64,000 bases of DNA from positions 416,001-480,000 of the forward strand of contig CAWJPJ010000007.1 of assembly GCA_963844715.1 (NCBI GenBank), in the 5' to 3' direction. Made by a program: the position numbers and the translations under genes. The notes beneath the pieces are model-generated. The model saw only the letters and a program-made list of their open reading frames with translations, was not told the DNA's origin and searched no databases. Below are positions 10,179 through 21,664 of this stretch, in pieces. Position 1 is the first letter of the stretch, and each line of letters opens with the position of its first letter. This stretch comes from an uncultured Phycisphaerales bacterium. Lineage in GTDB: Bacteria > Planctomycetota > Phycisphaerae > Tepidisphaerales > Tepidisphaeraceae.

Positions 10179-11657
10179 TTGAAACCGCTTCTGGCTCAGA
10201 TTCGCCGCCGCAAGAAGCCGTTCGTGCGGCCGTGGGCGCTGGCGACACCGATCGCGGTGCTGCTGGTTTGTTTGCCGCTGCTGAGGCCGCTTCGGCATCC
10301 GGGGCAGGTGAGCACGGACGAGGAGCTTCGGCTGGCGACGATCTCGGCGCTGGTTGAGCATCGTTCCTGGAATGCTCCGCTGGCGGACCGGCTGGCGATC
10401 GACGAGCGGCTTTTTTCCGCCGATTCACATCTGATCAGCGTCAAAGGGAAGGTATATAGCGATCAGCCGCCGATGCTGGCGTTTTTGCTGAGCGGGCCAT
10501 ACCGAATTCTCAGGGCGTTTGGGTATCAATTGCGGGACTATTCGGTGCTGGTGCCGTATCTGCTGACGCTGATCGGCTCGACGCTTCCGGCGGCGGCGGC
10601 GGGGGGATTGGTGTATCGGCTGGCGCGGACGTTTGAGCTGAATCGCCCGCTCAGGGCGGCGCTGGCGGCAGCGGTGGTGTTTGGGTCGGGCCTGGTGAGC
10701 TATGCGGTGGTGCTGAATCCGAACGTTCCGGCGGCGGCGCTGGTGCTGGGTTCGATGGGATGCCTGATTCATCTGGCGGCCAGTCCGGACCCGAAGCGCG
10801 GCGGGTGGTGGATCGTGATCTCAGGATTTTGCGCGGCGCTGGCGGCGACGATCGATCCGTGGGCGACGGTTTATCTGCTGATGCTTTTGATCGTGATTCC
10901 GGCGATGCGCGTGCCGCTGCCGATGCGGTTTGGCGGGCTGGTTCTGTATTTGCTCGGGGCGGCGCCGCCGATTTTGCTGCATGCGGTGCTGACGGTTCCG
11001 GTGACGGGAAATTTGCTGCCGGGGTATATGCATCCGGAGCTGGCGGCGACGCCGCGCGGAGTTGATGCGGGGGATATTTCGGGCGACGACGACAACGGCG
11101 CGGATATCGTGGACGATGAGGATTCGGGAGTCTGGTCGAGCTTTTGGCGCGGGACGGGGAGGCTGACGACGGCGCTGTTCGGCGCGCATGGTCTTCTCGT
11201 GCATTTTCCGGCGGTGATTCTGGGGTTCGGGGGCATGCTGGCGGTGATGCATCGGCATTGGCCGACGACGACGAAGCTTCTGGCGGGGGTGAGCGCGGTG
11301 GCGCTGGTGGTGGCGGTGTTCGCGTGCGCGGCTGGAGGTGGAGACGGGGGATCGGCGGCGGGATTCGCGAATCGGAGTTTGCTGGTGTTCAGTCCGATTT
11401 TATTTTTCTGGACGGGGGCGTGGCTGAGACGGGCGCATCGTCCGGGGGTGTGGTGGATCGCGGGAGTTTTGCTGGCGTTTAGCGTGATCGTTTCGCTGAT
11501 CGGGGCGACGGATCCGCTGCCGCGCGGGGGGTATGATCGGTATACGGTGGCGGGGGCGCTGCATCATTTGCTTTATCCGAGAACATCAGTGGCTCCGCCG
11601 GCAGTTGGGCTAGGGGGATCGATGATGGGGAATTTCGGAACTTTGTCTTCGTACTAG
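10179..11657 (+). CDS. Polytopic membrane protein, possibly a GT-C-like glycosyltransferase
   Basis: 492 aa, about 10-11 hydrophobic segments, first loop with DEE..RLATI and YSDQPP. Function inferred weakly. Confidence 0.55.
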   Translation: MKPLLAQIRRRKKPFVRPWALATPIAVLLVCLPLLRPLRHPGQVSTDEELRLATISALVEHRSWNAPLADRLAIDERLFSADSHLISVKGKVYSDQPPMLAFLLSGPYRILRAFGYQLRDYSVLVPYLLTLIGSTLPAAAAGGLVYRLARTFELNRPLRAALAAAVVFGSGLVSYAVVLNPNVPAAALVLGSMGCLIHLAASPDPKRGGWWIVISGFCAALAATIDPWATVYLLMLLIVIPAMRVPLPMRFGGLVLYLLGAAPPILLHAVLTVPVTGNLLPGYMHPELAATPRGVDAGDISGDDDNGADIVDDEDSGVWSSFWRGTGRLTTALFGAHGLLVHFPAVILGFGGMLAVMHRHWPTTTKLLAGVSAVALVVAVFACAAGGGDGGSAAGFANRSLLVFSPILFFWTGAWLRRAHRPGVWWIAGVLLAFSVIVSLIGATDPLPRGGYDRYTVAGALHHLLYPRTSVAPPAVGLGGSMMGNFGTLSSY

Positions 11658-11684
11658 TCCTTATTGCGATTGTTCCGATTGCCT

Positions 11685-11859
11685 TTTTCATTTTCGGATG
11701 GCCGCGATTGACTGTGGTTCGGCCGCGGATTGGGTAATTTCTTTTAAGACAAATGCAATGCAGGGGAGGCGGGAGAAAAACCATAGGGCCCATCCTGCGG
11801 AAACTATCGGAATCCTCCCCCGCACCCCCTCCACCCTCTTTTCCTTCCCCTCAACCGTC
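11685..11859. repeat. Dispersed intergenic repeat, copy A (degenerate)
   Basis: Shares aaatgcaatgc, ggga..aaaaccata, cccgcaccc, ttcccctcaaccgtc in the same order with 59097-59264. Confidence 0.7.
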
Positions 11860-12008
11860 CGGGTAGGGGGCAAGACAGCGGCTTGACCCGCCGGGCGATA
11901 ACTTCGCGATGGTTGCTTTCATGTCCGGATCGCAGACCAGGCAGAACTCTTCTAGTCCGATGGGTCCGCAAAGATCACGTGCGCGTGGGTCGGGTGAGTA
12001 TGGAAATC

Positions 12009-12733
12009 CTAGCTGATAGCGGCGGCGATAGCCTCGCGGAGATCGACGGCGCCTTCGTAGAGGCTTCGGCCTACGATTGCGCCCCAGAGGGAGAGTTTGG
12101 CGAGTTGGCGGATGTGGTCGAGATTGCCTACGCCGCCGCTGGCGATGACGGGGATTTTCCTGCCTGGGCGATGGCTTGGGTTTGCTGGAAATTGGGGCCG
12201 GTCATCATGCCGTCTTTGGCGACGTCGGTGTAGAGAATCGCGGCGACGGGCCAATTGGAGATTTGCGTGGCGACGTCTGTTGCGGTTCGGCCGGTGGTTT
12301 GCGTCCAGCCTGCGGACGGCGATGTTTCCGTCCTTGGCGTCGAGGGCGAGGATGAGGCGGTTGCGATATGCGGGGTCGTGGGCGATGGATTCGAACCAGG
12401 GCCAATCTTCGATGGCTTTGGTGCCGATGACGACGCGCTGGACGCCGATTCGAGGAGGAGATCGATGTCTTCGCGGCGGCGGATTCCGCCGCCGACTTGG
12501 ACCGGGAAGGCCGGCGGTGGCGACGATTTTGGAGATGAGATCGGTTTGCATGGGCCGGCCTTCCTTGGCGCCGTCGAGATCGACAATGTGCATCCATTTT
12601 GCGCCGGCCTGCGGCGAAGGCTGTGGGCGGTTTCCAACGGGTCGACGGCGTAGTTGAGTTGCCGGGCGTAATCGCCCTGCTGGAGGCGGACGACTTGGCC
12701 CTGGCGAAGATCGATACTGGGAATGACGATCAT
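12009..12733 (-). CDS. hisA: ProFAR isomerase HisA (several indels)
   Basis: MIVIPSIDLRQGQVVRLQQGDY, HIVDLDGA, QVGGGIR, YTDVAKDGMMTGPN, IASGGV, GAIVGRSLYEG. Confidence 0.93.
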
Positions 12734-12783
12734 GGACACGTTCCGAGTGTCTGCGAACAATAGCAATGAGAACACACAACTCG

Positions 12784-14139
12784 ATGGATGAGAGGCTTAC
12801 AAAACTTGCGGAAAAGGCCAAGGGGCTTCCGAAATCGCCCGGCGTTTACCTGATGAAGGACGAGGAGGGGCGCGTGATTTACATCGGCAAGTCGGCGTAG
12901 CCTGCGCGACCGGGTGGGGAGTTATTTCACTCCGGCGACGAAGCTGGAGCATAAGAAATCGGGACTGCTCGATCAGGTGGTCGATTTTGAAATTGTCGAG
13001 ACGGACAGCGAAGTCGAGGCGCTGCTCGGCGGAGAATCGGCTGATCAAGGATATCCAGCCGCGGTATAACGCGCGGTTGCTCGACGATAAGACGTTTCCG
13101 TATTTGATGGTCACGACGGACGAGGAATTTCCGGGGGTGTATGTCACGCGCGAGCCTAAGAAGAAGGGAGTGAAGCTGTATGGTCCGTTCACCAGCGTGG
13201 GTGGGTTGAAGGACGCGGTGACGCTGTTGCAGACGGGCGATGAAGTTCCGCACGTGTCATCTGGATATTCGGGAGGACGATGACAATCGGCGATTTTTCC
13301 GGCCTTGTCTTCTCTATCCGATTAAACAATGCACGGCGCCGTGCGCGGCGAAAATATCGAAGCAGAACTACCGGCAGGACATCGCGCGATTGACTTCGAT
13401 TTCTGGATGGGGAAAAGAAATCGGTCATGGAGTCGATGGAAAAGGAGATGCTAAAGGCCAGCGTGGACCAGGATTACGAGACGGCGGCGAAATTGCGGGA
13501 TGAGATCAAGGCGCTGAAGGCGCTGGGCGGCGCGGGCGCGAAGGGGGAGCAGGAATATTGGCAGCCGGAGGCTTTTGTTACGGACCCCAAGGAGGGGATG
13601 TCGAAGCTTCAGGAGGTTTTGGGTCTTCATGAAACGCCGCGAATTGTCGAGGGGATCGACATCGCGCACCTGCAGGGGGGTGAGATGGTGGGGAGCAAGG
13701 TGTGCTTCATCGACGGGGTTCCGTTCAAGAACGCGTATCGGCGTTATAAGATCAAGCACGGGGAGGGGAATAACGATTACAAGAGCATTCAGGAAGTTGT
13801 TTCGCCGGCAGATATCGGGAGGCTGGGGCGAGCAACGAGTTATATCCGGATGTGATTCTGATCGACGGCGGTCTGGGGCAATTGCATGCGGCGATGGAGG
13901 TATTCAAGACGATGGATGTTCGTCCGCCGATGGTTGTTTCGCTGGCTAAGAAAGAGGAGCTGGTGTACGTGCAGGCGCGGAGCGAGCCGATCCGGCTGGC
14001 GCGGAACAATGCGGCGCTTCGTCTATTGCAATACGTGCGGGACGAGGCGCATCGATTTGCGCAGCATTACCATCACATCCTTCGGCGTAAGTCGCAGATT
14101 GCGCAGGATGCTGAGCGGAAAGAAGGGATTACTGACTAA
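12784..14139 (+). CDS. uvrC: UvrC-like excinuclease, short form (several indels)
   Basis: GIY-YIG PKSPGVYLMKD..IYIGK, YGPF, Cys cluster, UVR domain YETAAKLRD, RNase H-like IEGIDIAH..LIDGGLGQL..RDEAHRFA. Confidence 0.88.
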
Positions 14140-14250
14140 AACCGGTTTCGACGTTATCGAGGAGACGATTCAGGGTCGGTGAATATCCTTTTTTGGGGCC
14201 CTCCTTCGGCGGCGTCGCCCCATCGAGCGGATGCTGGTAACATTCGCCCG

Positions 14251-15943
14251 ATGGCAGGCTGAAGCGAACAAAATCATTTATTCGATGATCGGCGTGGGAA
14301 AGTCCCACGAGAAGAAGGTCATTCTCAAGGATATTTATCTCTCCTATTTCTACGGGGCGAAGATCGGGGTGCTGGGGCTCAACGGGTCGGGGAAAAGTTC
14401 GCTTGCTGCGGATACTGGCGGGGGTGGATAAGAAATTCGAGGGGCAGATCAGCATTCAGCCGGGGTACAGCGTGGGGTTTCTGCCGCAGGAGCCGCAGCT
14501 GGATGAGAAGCTGACGGTTCGGCAGATCGTCGAGCAGGGGATGCAGTCGACGCTGGATCTGCTGGCGGAGTTTGAGCGGATCAATGAGAAGCTGGCCGAG
14601 CCGATGGACGATGCGGAGATGACCAAGCTGCTGGAGAAGCAGGGGGCGGTGCAGGAGAAGTTGGACGCGGTGGGTGCGTGGGATTTGGATGCGCAGCTTG
14701 AGATGGCGATGGATGCGCTGCGCTGCCCGCCGGGGGATGCGGTGGTGAAAGTTCTGTCGGGCGGAGAGAAGCGGCGGGTGGCGCTGTGCCGGTTGCTGCT
14801 GCAGAAGCCGGATGTTTTGCTGCTGGATGAGCCGACGAATCATCTGGATGCGGAATCGGTGGCCTGGCTGGAGCAGCATTTGGCGCGATATGCGGGGACG
14901 GTGATCGCGGTGACGCACGATCGGTATTTTCTGGATAACGTGGCGGGGTGGATTCTGGAACTGGATCGCGGGCAGGGGATTCCCTGGAAGGGGAATTATA
15001 CATCGTGGCTGGAGCAGAAGAAGGCGCGGCTGGAGCAGGAGGAGAAGTCGGAAAGCAGCCGGCAGAAGGCGCTGGCGCATGAGCTGGAGTGGGTGAGGAA
15101 GAGTCCCGATCGGCGCGGCGGGCGAAATCGAAGGCACGCCTGGCGGCGTATGAGGCGATGCTGAACCAGAACGCCCAGAAGCAGGCGTGCGGAGATCGAG
15201 ATTTATATTCCGCCGGGGCCGCGGCTGGGGGCGAAGGTGATCGAGGCGGTCGAAGGTGACGCAAGGCGTATGGGGAGAACGTGCTGTTGCAGGAGATGAA
15301 TTTCATCCTGCCGCCGGCGGCGATCGTGGGGGTGATCGGGCCGAACGGGGCGGGGAAGACGACGCTGTTTCGGATGATCACCGGGCAGGAAAAGCCGGAT
15401 GCGGGGGAGATCAAGCTGGGGGAGAGCGTGAAGCTGGCGTATGTGGAGCAGAGCCGGGATGCGCTGGCGGCGGAGGCGACGGTCTGGGAGGCGATCAGCG
15501 AGAAGCAGGAGAATATCAAGCTGGGTGCGACGCAGGTGAATTCGCGGGCGTATGTATCGCGGTTCGGATTCAGCGGGACGGATCAGCAGAGGATGGTGGG
15601 GACGCTTTCGGGCGGCGAGCGGAATCGCGTGCATTTGGCGCGGATGCTGAAGCAGGGGGCGAATGTGCTGCTGCTGGACGAGCCGACGAATGATCTGGAT
15701 GTGAATACGATGCGGGCGCTGGAGGAGGCGATGGAGAATTTCGCGGGGTGCGCGGTGGTGATCAGCCACGACCGGTGGTTTCTGGATCGGATGGCGACGC
15801 ACATTCTGGCGTTTGAGGGGGAGAGCCAGGTGAGATTGTTCGAGGGGGGGTGGTCGGAATATGAAGCGGATCGGCACCGGCGTATGGGGACCGAGGCGGA
15901 TCGGCCGCACCGGATTACCTATCGCAAGCTGACCAAGGGCTGA
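14251..15943 (+). CDS. ettA: ABC-F energy-dependent translational throttle protein (several indels)
   Basis: [69 protein letters not shown]. Confidence 0.93.
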
Positions 15944-18900
15944 GCCATGTCGATGGTGACGATTCAGGAGGCTCTGGAGCGGGCGAAGCAATGTCACCGG
16001 GCGGGGCAACTGGCGGAAGCGGAGAAGATTTACCGGCAAATCCTGAAGGCGGAGCCTCGGCAGGCGGATGCGATGCACCGGTTGGGGCTGGTGGCGTTTC
16101 AAGTGGGGAATAAAGAGACGGCGCTGGGGATGATCAATCATGCCATCGAGGTGAATCCTTCGGCATCGGAGTACCTCAGCAATCGGGGGATGATTCTGGC
16201 GTCGCTGGGGCGATGGGGTGAGGCGCTGGATGATTATCGCCGGGCGATTCAGTTACATGAGAATTATCCGGAGGTGCATAACAACCTGGGCAATGCGCCT
16301 GCGCGCGATGGGTCGGAATGAGGAGGCATTGACCTCTCTGCGGCGGGCGCTGGAGATTCGGCCGGACTATCCGGAAGCGCACAACAATCTGGGGATCGTG
16401 CTGCAATGCATGGGGAAACTGGATGAGGCGATCGCGGCTTTTCGCAAGGCGGTGGAACTGCGGCCGGATTTCGCGGAGGGGTGCAAGAATCTGGGCGGGG
16501 CGCTGGCTTCGGCGGGGAAGTGGGAGGAGGCGATTGGCGTATGCAAGCGGGCGACGGGGTTGCGCTCGCGCGATCCGTCGGCGCTGGCCAATCTTGGCTA
16601 CGCTCTGCGCGGCGCGGGGAGGCATGAGGAAGCGATCGCCGCCTATCGGCAGGCGCTGGCACTGGATTCTAATTTCGTCGAAGCGCTCGACGGACTGGGG
16701 AATGTATTTCTTCTTCAACAACGATTGGAGGAGGCGGTGGCCTGTTATCGGCAGGCACTGACGCGCGATCCGAATCACATGGAATCGCACTTCAATTTGG
16801 GCATCGCGCTACAAATTCAGGAACAGACGGATATGGCGATCGCGGAGTTTCGCGCGGCCGTCAAATTGCGGCCGAACCACGTCGACGCGATTAACAATCT
16901 GGGCGTGGCGCTTCAATGCAAAGGGGAATTGGAGGCGGCGATCGAATGCTATCGCAGGGCGATGCAGCTAAAGCCGGGATACGTGGAGGCGTGCATTAAT
17001 TTGGGGAATGCCATGAAAGATCGCGGGCGATTGAACGAGGCACTTTTGCCGTATGGCCATGCGTCGCCGTCTGGGCCCGAGGATACGCGCGTGGGTTGCA
17101 ATCGGCTTTTTGCAATTCAATACCATGCGGATTATGGCGCCGCGGCGATCTTGCGCGAGGCGCGGGTGTGGAATGAGCGGTACGCCAAGCCGTTGGCCGC
17201 CGAAATTCCGCGGCACGAGAACGATCGCGATCCGGGACGCCGATTGCGGATCGGGTACGTGTCGCCGGATTTTCGGAATCATTGCCAATCGCACTTTACG
17301 ATTCCGCTTTTGTCGCACCACGATCACGAGAAATTTGAGATTTACTGCTACGCGAATGTGGCGCGCCCTGACGATCGGACGCGGCAAATTCAGAGTCATG
17401 CGGATGTCTGGCGAGACATCTTTGGGATAAGCAACGCGCGTATTGCGGAGGTCGTGCGGAAGGACGCAATCGACATTCTGGTGGATTTGACGATGCATAT
17501 GGCCAACGGGCGGCCGCTGGTTTTTGCGCGGAAGCCGGCGCCGGTGCAGGTGGCTTGGCTGGCATATCCGGGGACGACGGGGATGGAGGCGATGGATTAC
17601 CGGCTGACTGATCCTTACCTGGATCCGCCGGGGATGAATGATGGGTTTTATAGCGAGAAGTCGTTTAGGTTGGCGGAGACTTTTTGGTGTTATGATGCGC
17701 TGAGTGAGGGTCCGGGGGTGCAAGCACCCCCGGCTTCGCGGGATGGGGTTATCACTTTTGGGTGTTTGAATAATTTTTGCAAGGTCAATGAATCGACGCT
17801 GAAGCTGTGGGGCCGCGTTCTGGAATCGGTGCGAGATTCGCGGCTGAAGTTGCTGTGCCCGCGCGGGTCGCATCGCGCGGCGGTGATCGAACGACTTGGA
17901 GTGCCGGAGAATCGAATCGAGTTCGTTACGATGCAGCGGCGCGAGGAATATCTGAGGGAATATCATGGGATCGACGTGGCTTTGGATACCGTTCCCTATA
18001 ACGGGCACACGACGAGTCTGGACGCGTTTTGGATGGGGGTGCCTGTGGTGACATTGGTGGGAGAGACGGTGGTGGGGCGGGCGGGGTGGAGCCAGTTGTG
18101 CAATTTGGATTTGAAGGAATTGGCGGTGCGCAGCGAGGAGCAGTTTGTGCTCACGGCGACGGCGCTGGCGAACGATCTCGTGCGATTGGCGGACATGTGC
18201 GCGGGGTTGCGGGCGCGGATGGAGGGATCGGCGCTGATGGACGGAGCGCGATTTGCGCGGAACATGGAATCGGCGTACCGCCAGATGTGGCGGAACTGGT
18301 CACTGGTCGGGGGCCGCTGAAGCGGGGAGCGAAGGGCTGAGCCATGTCGATGGTGACGATTCAGGAGGCTCTGGAGCGGGCGAAGCAATGTCACCGGGCG
18401 GGGCAACTGGCGGAAGCGGAGAAGATTTACCGGCAAATCCTGAAGGCGGAGCCTCGGCAGGCGGATGCGATGCACCGGTTGGGGCTGGTGGCGTTTCAAG
18501 TGGGGAATAAAGAGACGGCGCTGGGGATGATCAATCATGCCATCGAGGTGAATCCTTCGGCATCGGAGTACCTCAGCAATCGGGGGATGATTCTGGCGTC
18601 GCTGGGGCGATGGGGTGAGGCGCTGGATGATTATCGCCGGGCGATTCAGTTACATGAGAATTATCCGGAGGTGCATAACAACCTGGGCAATGCGCCTGCG
18701 CGATGGGTCGGAATGAGGAGGCATTGACCTCTCTGCGGCGGGCGCTGGAGATTCGGCCGGACTATCCGGAAGCGCACAACAATCTGGGGATCGTGCTGCA
18801 ATGCATGGGGAAACTGGATGAGGCGATCGCGGCTTTTCGCAAGGCGGTGGAACTGCGGCCGGATTTCGCGGAGGGGTGCAAGAATCTGGGCGGGGCGCTG

Positions 18901-20695
18901 GCTTCGGCGGGGAAGTGGGAGGAGGCGATTGGCGTATGCAAGCGAGCCACGGGGTTGCGCCTGCGCGATCCGTCGGCGTATATCAATCTCGGTTATGCGC
19001 TGCACGGGGCGGGGAAATCGGAGGAGTCGATCTCGGCTTACAGGCAGGCGCTGGCGCTGGATCCGAATTCGGTCGAGGCGATGAATGGGTTGGGATGCGC
19101 GTTGCTTGAGACGCTGCGGATGGAAGAGGGGGCGGCCGCCTTCATGCAGGCGCTGTGCGCGATCCGAATCACGTGCAATCGCACTACAACCTTGGCGTGG
19201 CGCTTCAGGCGCTGGGGCAGACGGAGGAGGCGATCGCGGAATTGCGAGCAGCCATCGCGCTCAAGCCCAATTTCCCCGAGGCTTTGAGTAATCTCGGATT
19301 GTCATTGCAAGACAGGGGGAGGCTCGACGAGGCGCTCGAATGTTTCCGGGCGGCGGTCAGGCTAAATCCGAATTATGCCAATGCGTGCAACAACCTGGGC
19401 AACGCGCTGAAAGATAGCGGGAGGCTTGATGACGCGATCGCAGCCTACTCGCACGCCGCGCGGGTGAAGGGGGAGAATCCTCGGGCGTTGAGCAACCGGC
19501 TGTTTACGCTGCAATATCATCCGGACTATTCGGCGGCGGATATTTTTCGGGAAGCGAAGGCGTGGAATCAGATGTATGCCAAGTCTTTGGCGAGGGATAT
19601 CCGGCCGCACGGGAACAATCGTGATCCGGAGAGGCGGCTGCGCGTGGGGTACGTGTCGCCGGATTTTCGGAGTCACTGCCAGTCACTGTTCACGATTCCG
19701 CTTTTATCGAATCACGATCGGAAGGGGGTTGAGATTTTTTGTTACGGCACGGTGGCCCGGCCGGACGAATGGACGAAACGGATTCAAGCTTGCGCGGATG
19801 TTTGGCGAAGCACAATCGGATTGAGCGATGCGCGGCTGGCGGAGATGGTGAGGGGGGATGGGATCGACATCCTCGTGGATTTGACGATGCACATGGCGAA
19901 CGGTCGGCCGCTGCTGTTTGCGCGGAAGCCGGCGCCGGTGCAGGTGGCGTGGCTGGCGTATCCGGGGACGACGGGGATGGAGGCGATGGATTATCGGTTG
20001 ACTGATCCTTATTTGGATCCGCCTGGGATGAACGACGCGTTTTACAGCGAGAGGTCATTTAGGTTGGCGGAGACGTTCTGGTGCTACGGGCCGGGGAGGG
20101 TCCGGGGGTGCAAGCACCCCCGGCTTCGCGGAATGGGTTCATTACGTTCGGGTGCTTGAATAATTTTTGCAAAGTGAATGTGGAAACACTGGAGCTGTGG
20201 GGGCGAGTGCTCAAAGAGACGGGGAATTCTCGGCTGAAAATGCTGTGTCCGGAGGGGGGCGCACCGAGCGGCGGTGATTGAGCATCTGGGAATTGAGGAG
20301 AGTCGCGTGGATTTGATCGCGGTCAAGCCGCGTCCGGAGTATTTGACGGAATACCACGGGATCGATGTGGCGCTCGATACCGTCCCTTATAACGGACACA
20401 CGACGAGCCTGGACGCGTTTTGGATGGGGGTGCCTGTGGTGACATTGGTGGGAGAGACGGTGGTGGGGCGGGCGGGGTGGAGCCAGTTGTGCAATTTGGA
20501 TTTGAAGGAATTGGCGGTGCGCAGCGAGGAGCAGTTTGTGCTTACGGCGACGGCGCTGGCGAACGATCTCGCGCGATTGGCGGAAATGCGCGCGGGGTTG
20601 CGGGCGCGGATGGAGAGATCGGCGCTGATGGACGGAGCGCGATTTGCGCGGAGCATGGAATCGGCGTACCGCCAGATGTGGCGGAACTGGTCACT
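15935..20695 (+). repeat. Tandem duplication, unit ~2.4 kb (15935-18305 and 18332-20695)
   Basis: Both units start aagggctgagccatgtcgatgg; first ~600 bp and last ~300 bp near-identical, centre diverged. Confidence 0.92.
15947..18320 (+). CDS. TPR + GT41 (SPINDLY/O-GlcNAc transferase family) glycosyltransferase, copy 1 (indel at ~16298)
   Basis: About 10 TPRs (NNLG motifs), then RLRIGYVSPDFRNH, DILVDL..H, APVQVAWLAYPGTTG, TFGCLNNFCK, DTVPYNGHTT. Confidence 0.9.
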
Positions 20696-20771
20696 CGGCC
20701 GGGTGGCGGCGCAGCCGCTTGGCGGCGGTGACGAGGGCGAGGCCGGCCAGACCGGCGAGTCCCTGCCATAG
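18344..20771 (+). CDS. TPR + GT41 glycosyltransferase, copy 2 (indels at ~18696, ~19155, ~20090, ~20255)
   Basis: Same motifs as copy 1 across ORFs 18344, 18703, 19155, 20081 and 20274. Confidence 0.88.
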
Positions 20772-21392
20772 CGCGGCCGGAAGCGGGACGGGTGGCGTCG
20801 AGCCGTCGACGGGCACTTCCTTGAAGGTGAAGGTGGTGCCGAGGCCGAGCGGATCGGCGTCGATCATGAGATCGCCGTCGGTGCCGATGCCCCAGAGGGA
20901 CGTGGCGAGATTGGCTTGGGTGCCGCCGCCGTAGACGACGGCGGGGTTGCCGTCGATGGTCGTTGTGCTTTCAGTGGAGAAGACGCCCGACGGAGGAGAG
21001 AAGGGCGAGTTGAGATTGCTCGCGAAGGAGGCGCTGGAGTTTCCAGAATTAAGCAGGATGAAATCGAAGCCGGACCAGGATTCACCGGTTACGTTGGTAA
21101 TCGATTCATCGGTGAAGTCGATGACGGGTTTTGCGCTGCTTGAAGTTTGCGTGAAGGTGATGAGGAGCCCTTCCCCAGCGCTCGCTTCGGTGAAGGTCGC
21201 GGCTTTTTCGACGTTGAGCTGCCCGCTGGGCTGACTGGGATCGGAAACGAGCGCCAACCCCGAGAACGTGGCGGTCCAGCCGCTGTCTCCGATGTTAGTC
21301 AGAACGGTGGCGGCCCGGGTGGGGGATGCCATCCAACCCATTAGAGCGGACGAAGCGGCCAGAGTTATCGTAAGTTTTTTCTTATTGAACAT
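20691..21392 (-). CDS. VPLPA-CTERM (PEP-CTERM-like) exosortase substrate protein 1
   Basis: Signal peptide; Ser/Thr/Gly-rich body; tail VPLPAALWQGLAGL + TM + KRLRR; GGAGGT RBS. Confidence 0.9.
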   Translation of the reverse strand: MFNKKKLTITLAASSALMGWMASPTRAATVLTNIGDSGWTATFSGLALVSDPSQPSGQLNVEKAATFTEASAGEGLLITFTQTSSSAKPVIDFTDESITNVTGESWSGFDFILLNSGNSSASFASNLNSPFSPPSGVFSTESTTTIDGNPAVVYGGGTQANLATSLWGIGTDGDLMIDADPLGLGTTFTFKEVPVDGSTPPVPLPAALWQGLAGLAGLALVTAAKRLRRHPAE

Positions 21393-21498
21393 ATTGCACC
21401 TCCATGCAACAACTTTGTATCCAACCCACTTTTTGATCTACCCACTGCGCGATTCCACGGCAAGTGTAACGAGTAATCGTTTTATACCATGTATGCAG

Positions 21499-21514
21499 GC
21501 AAAATACGGGCCAA
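21499..21514 (-). promoter_or_regulatory. Sigma54 -24/-12 promoter candidate
   Basis: Minus strand TTGGCCCG-TATT-TTGC versus consensus YTGGCACG-N4-TTGC, exact spacing, ~105 nt upstream of 21392. Confidence 0.65.
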
Positions 21515-21600
21515 GGGGGCTGCGCGTCAACAGAGAGAACCGCCCGCGACAGGATTTATATTTAGATGTGGCGAAATGACCGGAAAGGGGAGGGATGAGC

Positions 21601-21638
21601 AAAAAGAAGCGAGGGTTGAGACGAATCTCAACCCTCGC
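21601..21638 (-). terminator. Intrinsic terminator after VPLPA-CTERM gene 2
   Basis: 13-bp stem gcgagggttgaga/tctcaaccctcgc, 4-nt loop, followed by TTCTTTTT on the minus strand. Confidence 0.85.
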
Positions 21639-21664
21639 GTAGCTTACGAGTTAATGATCGATCG

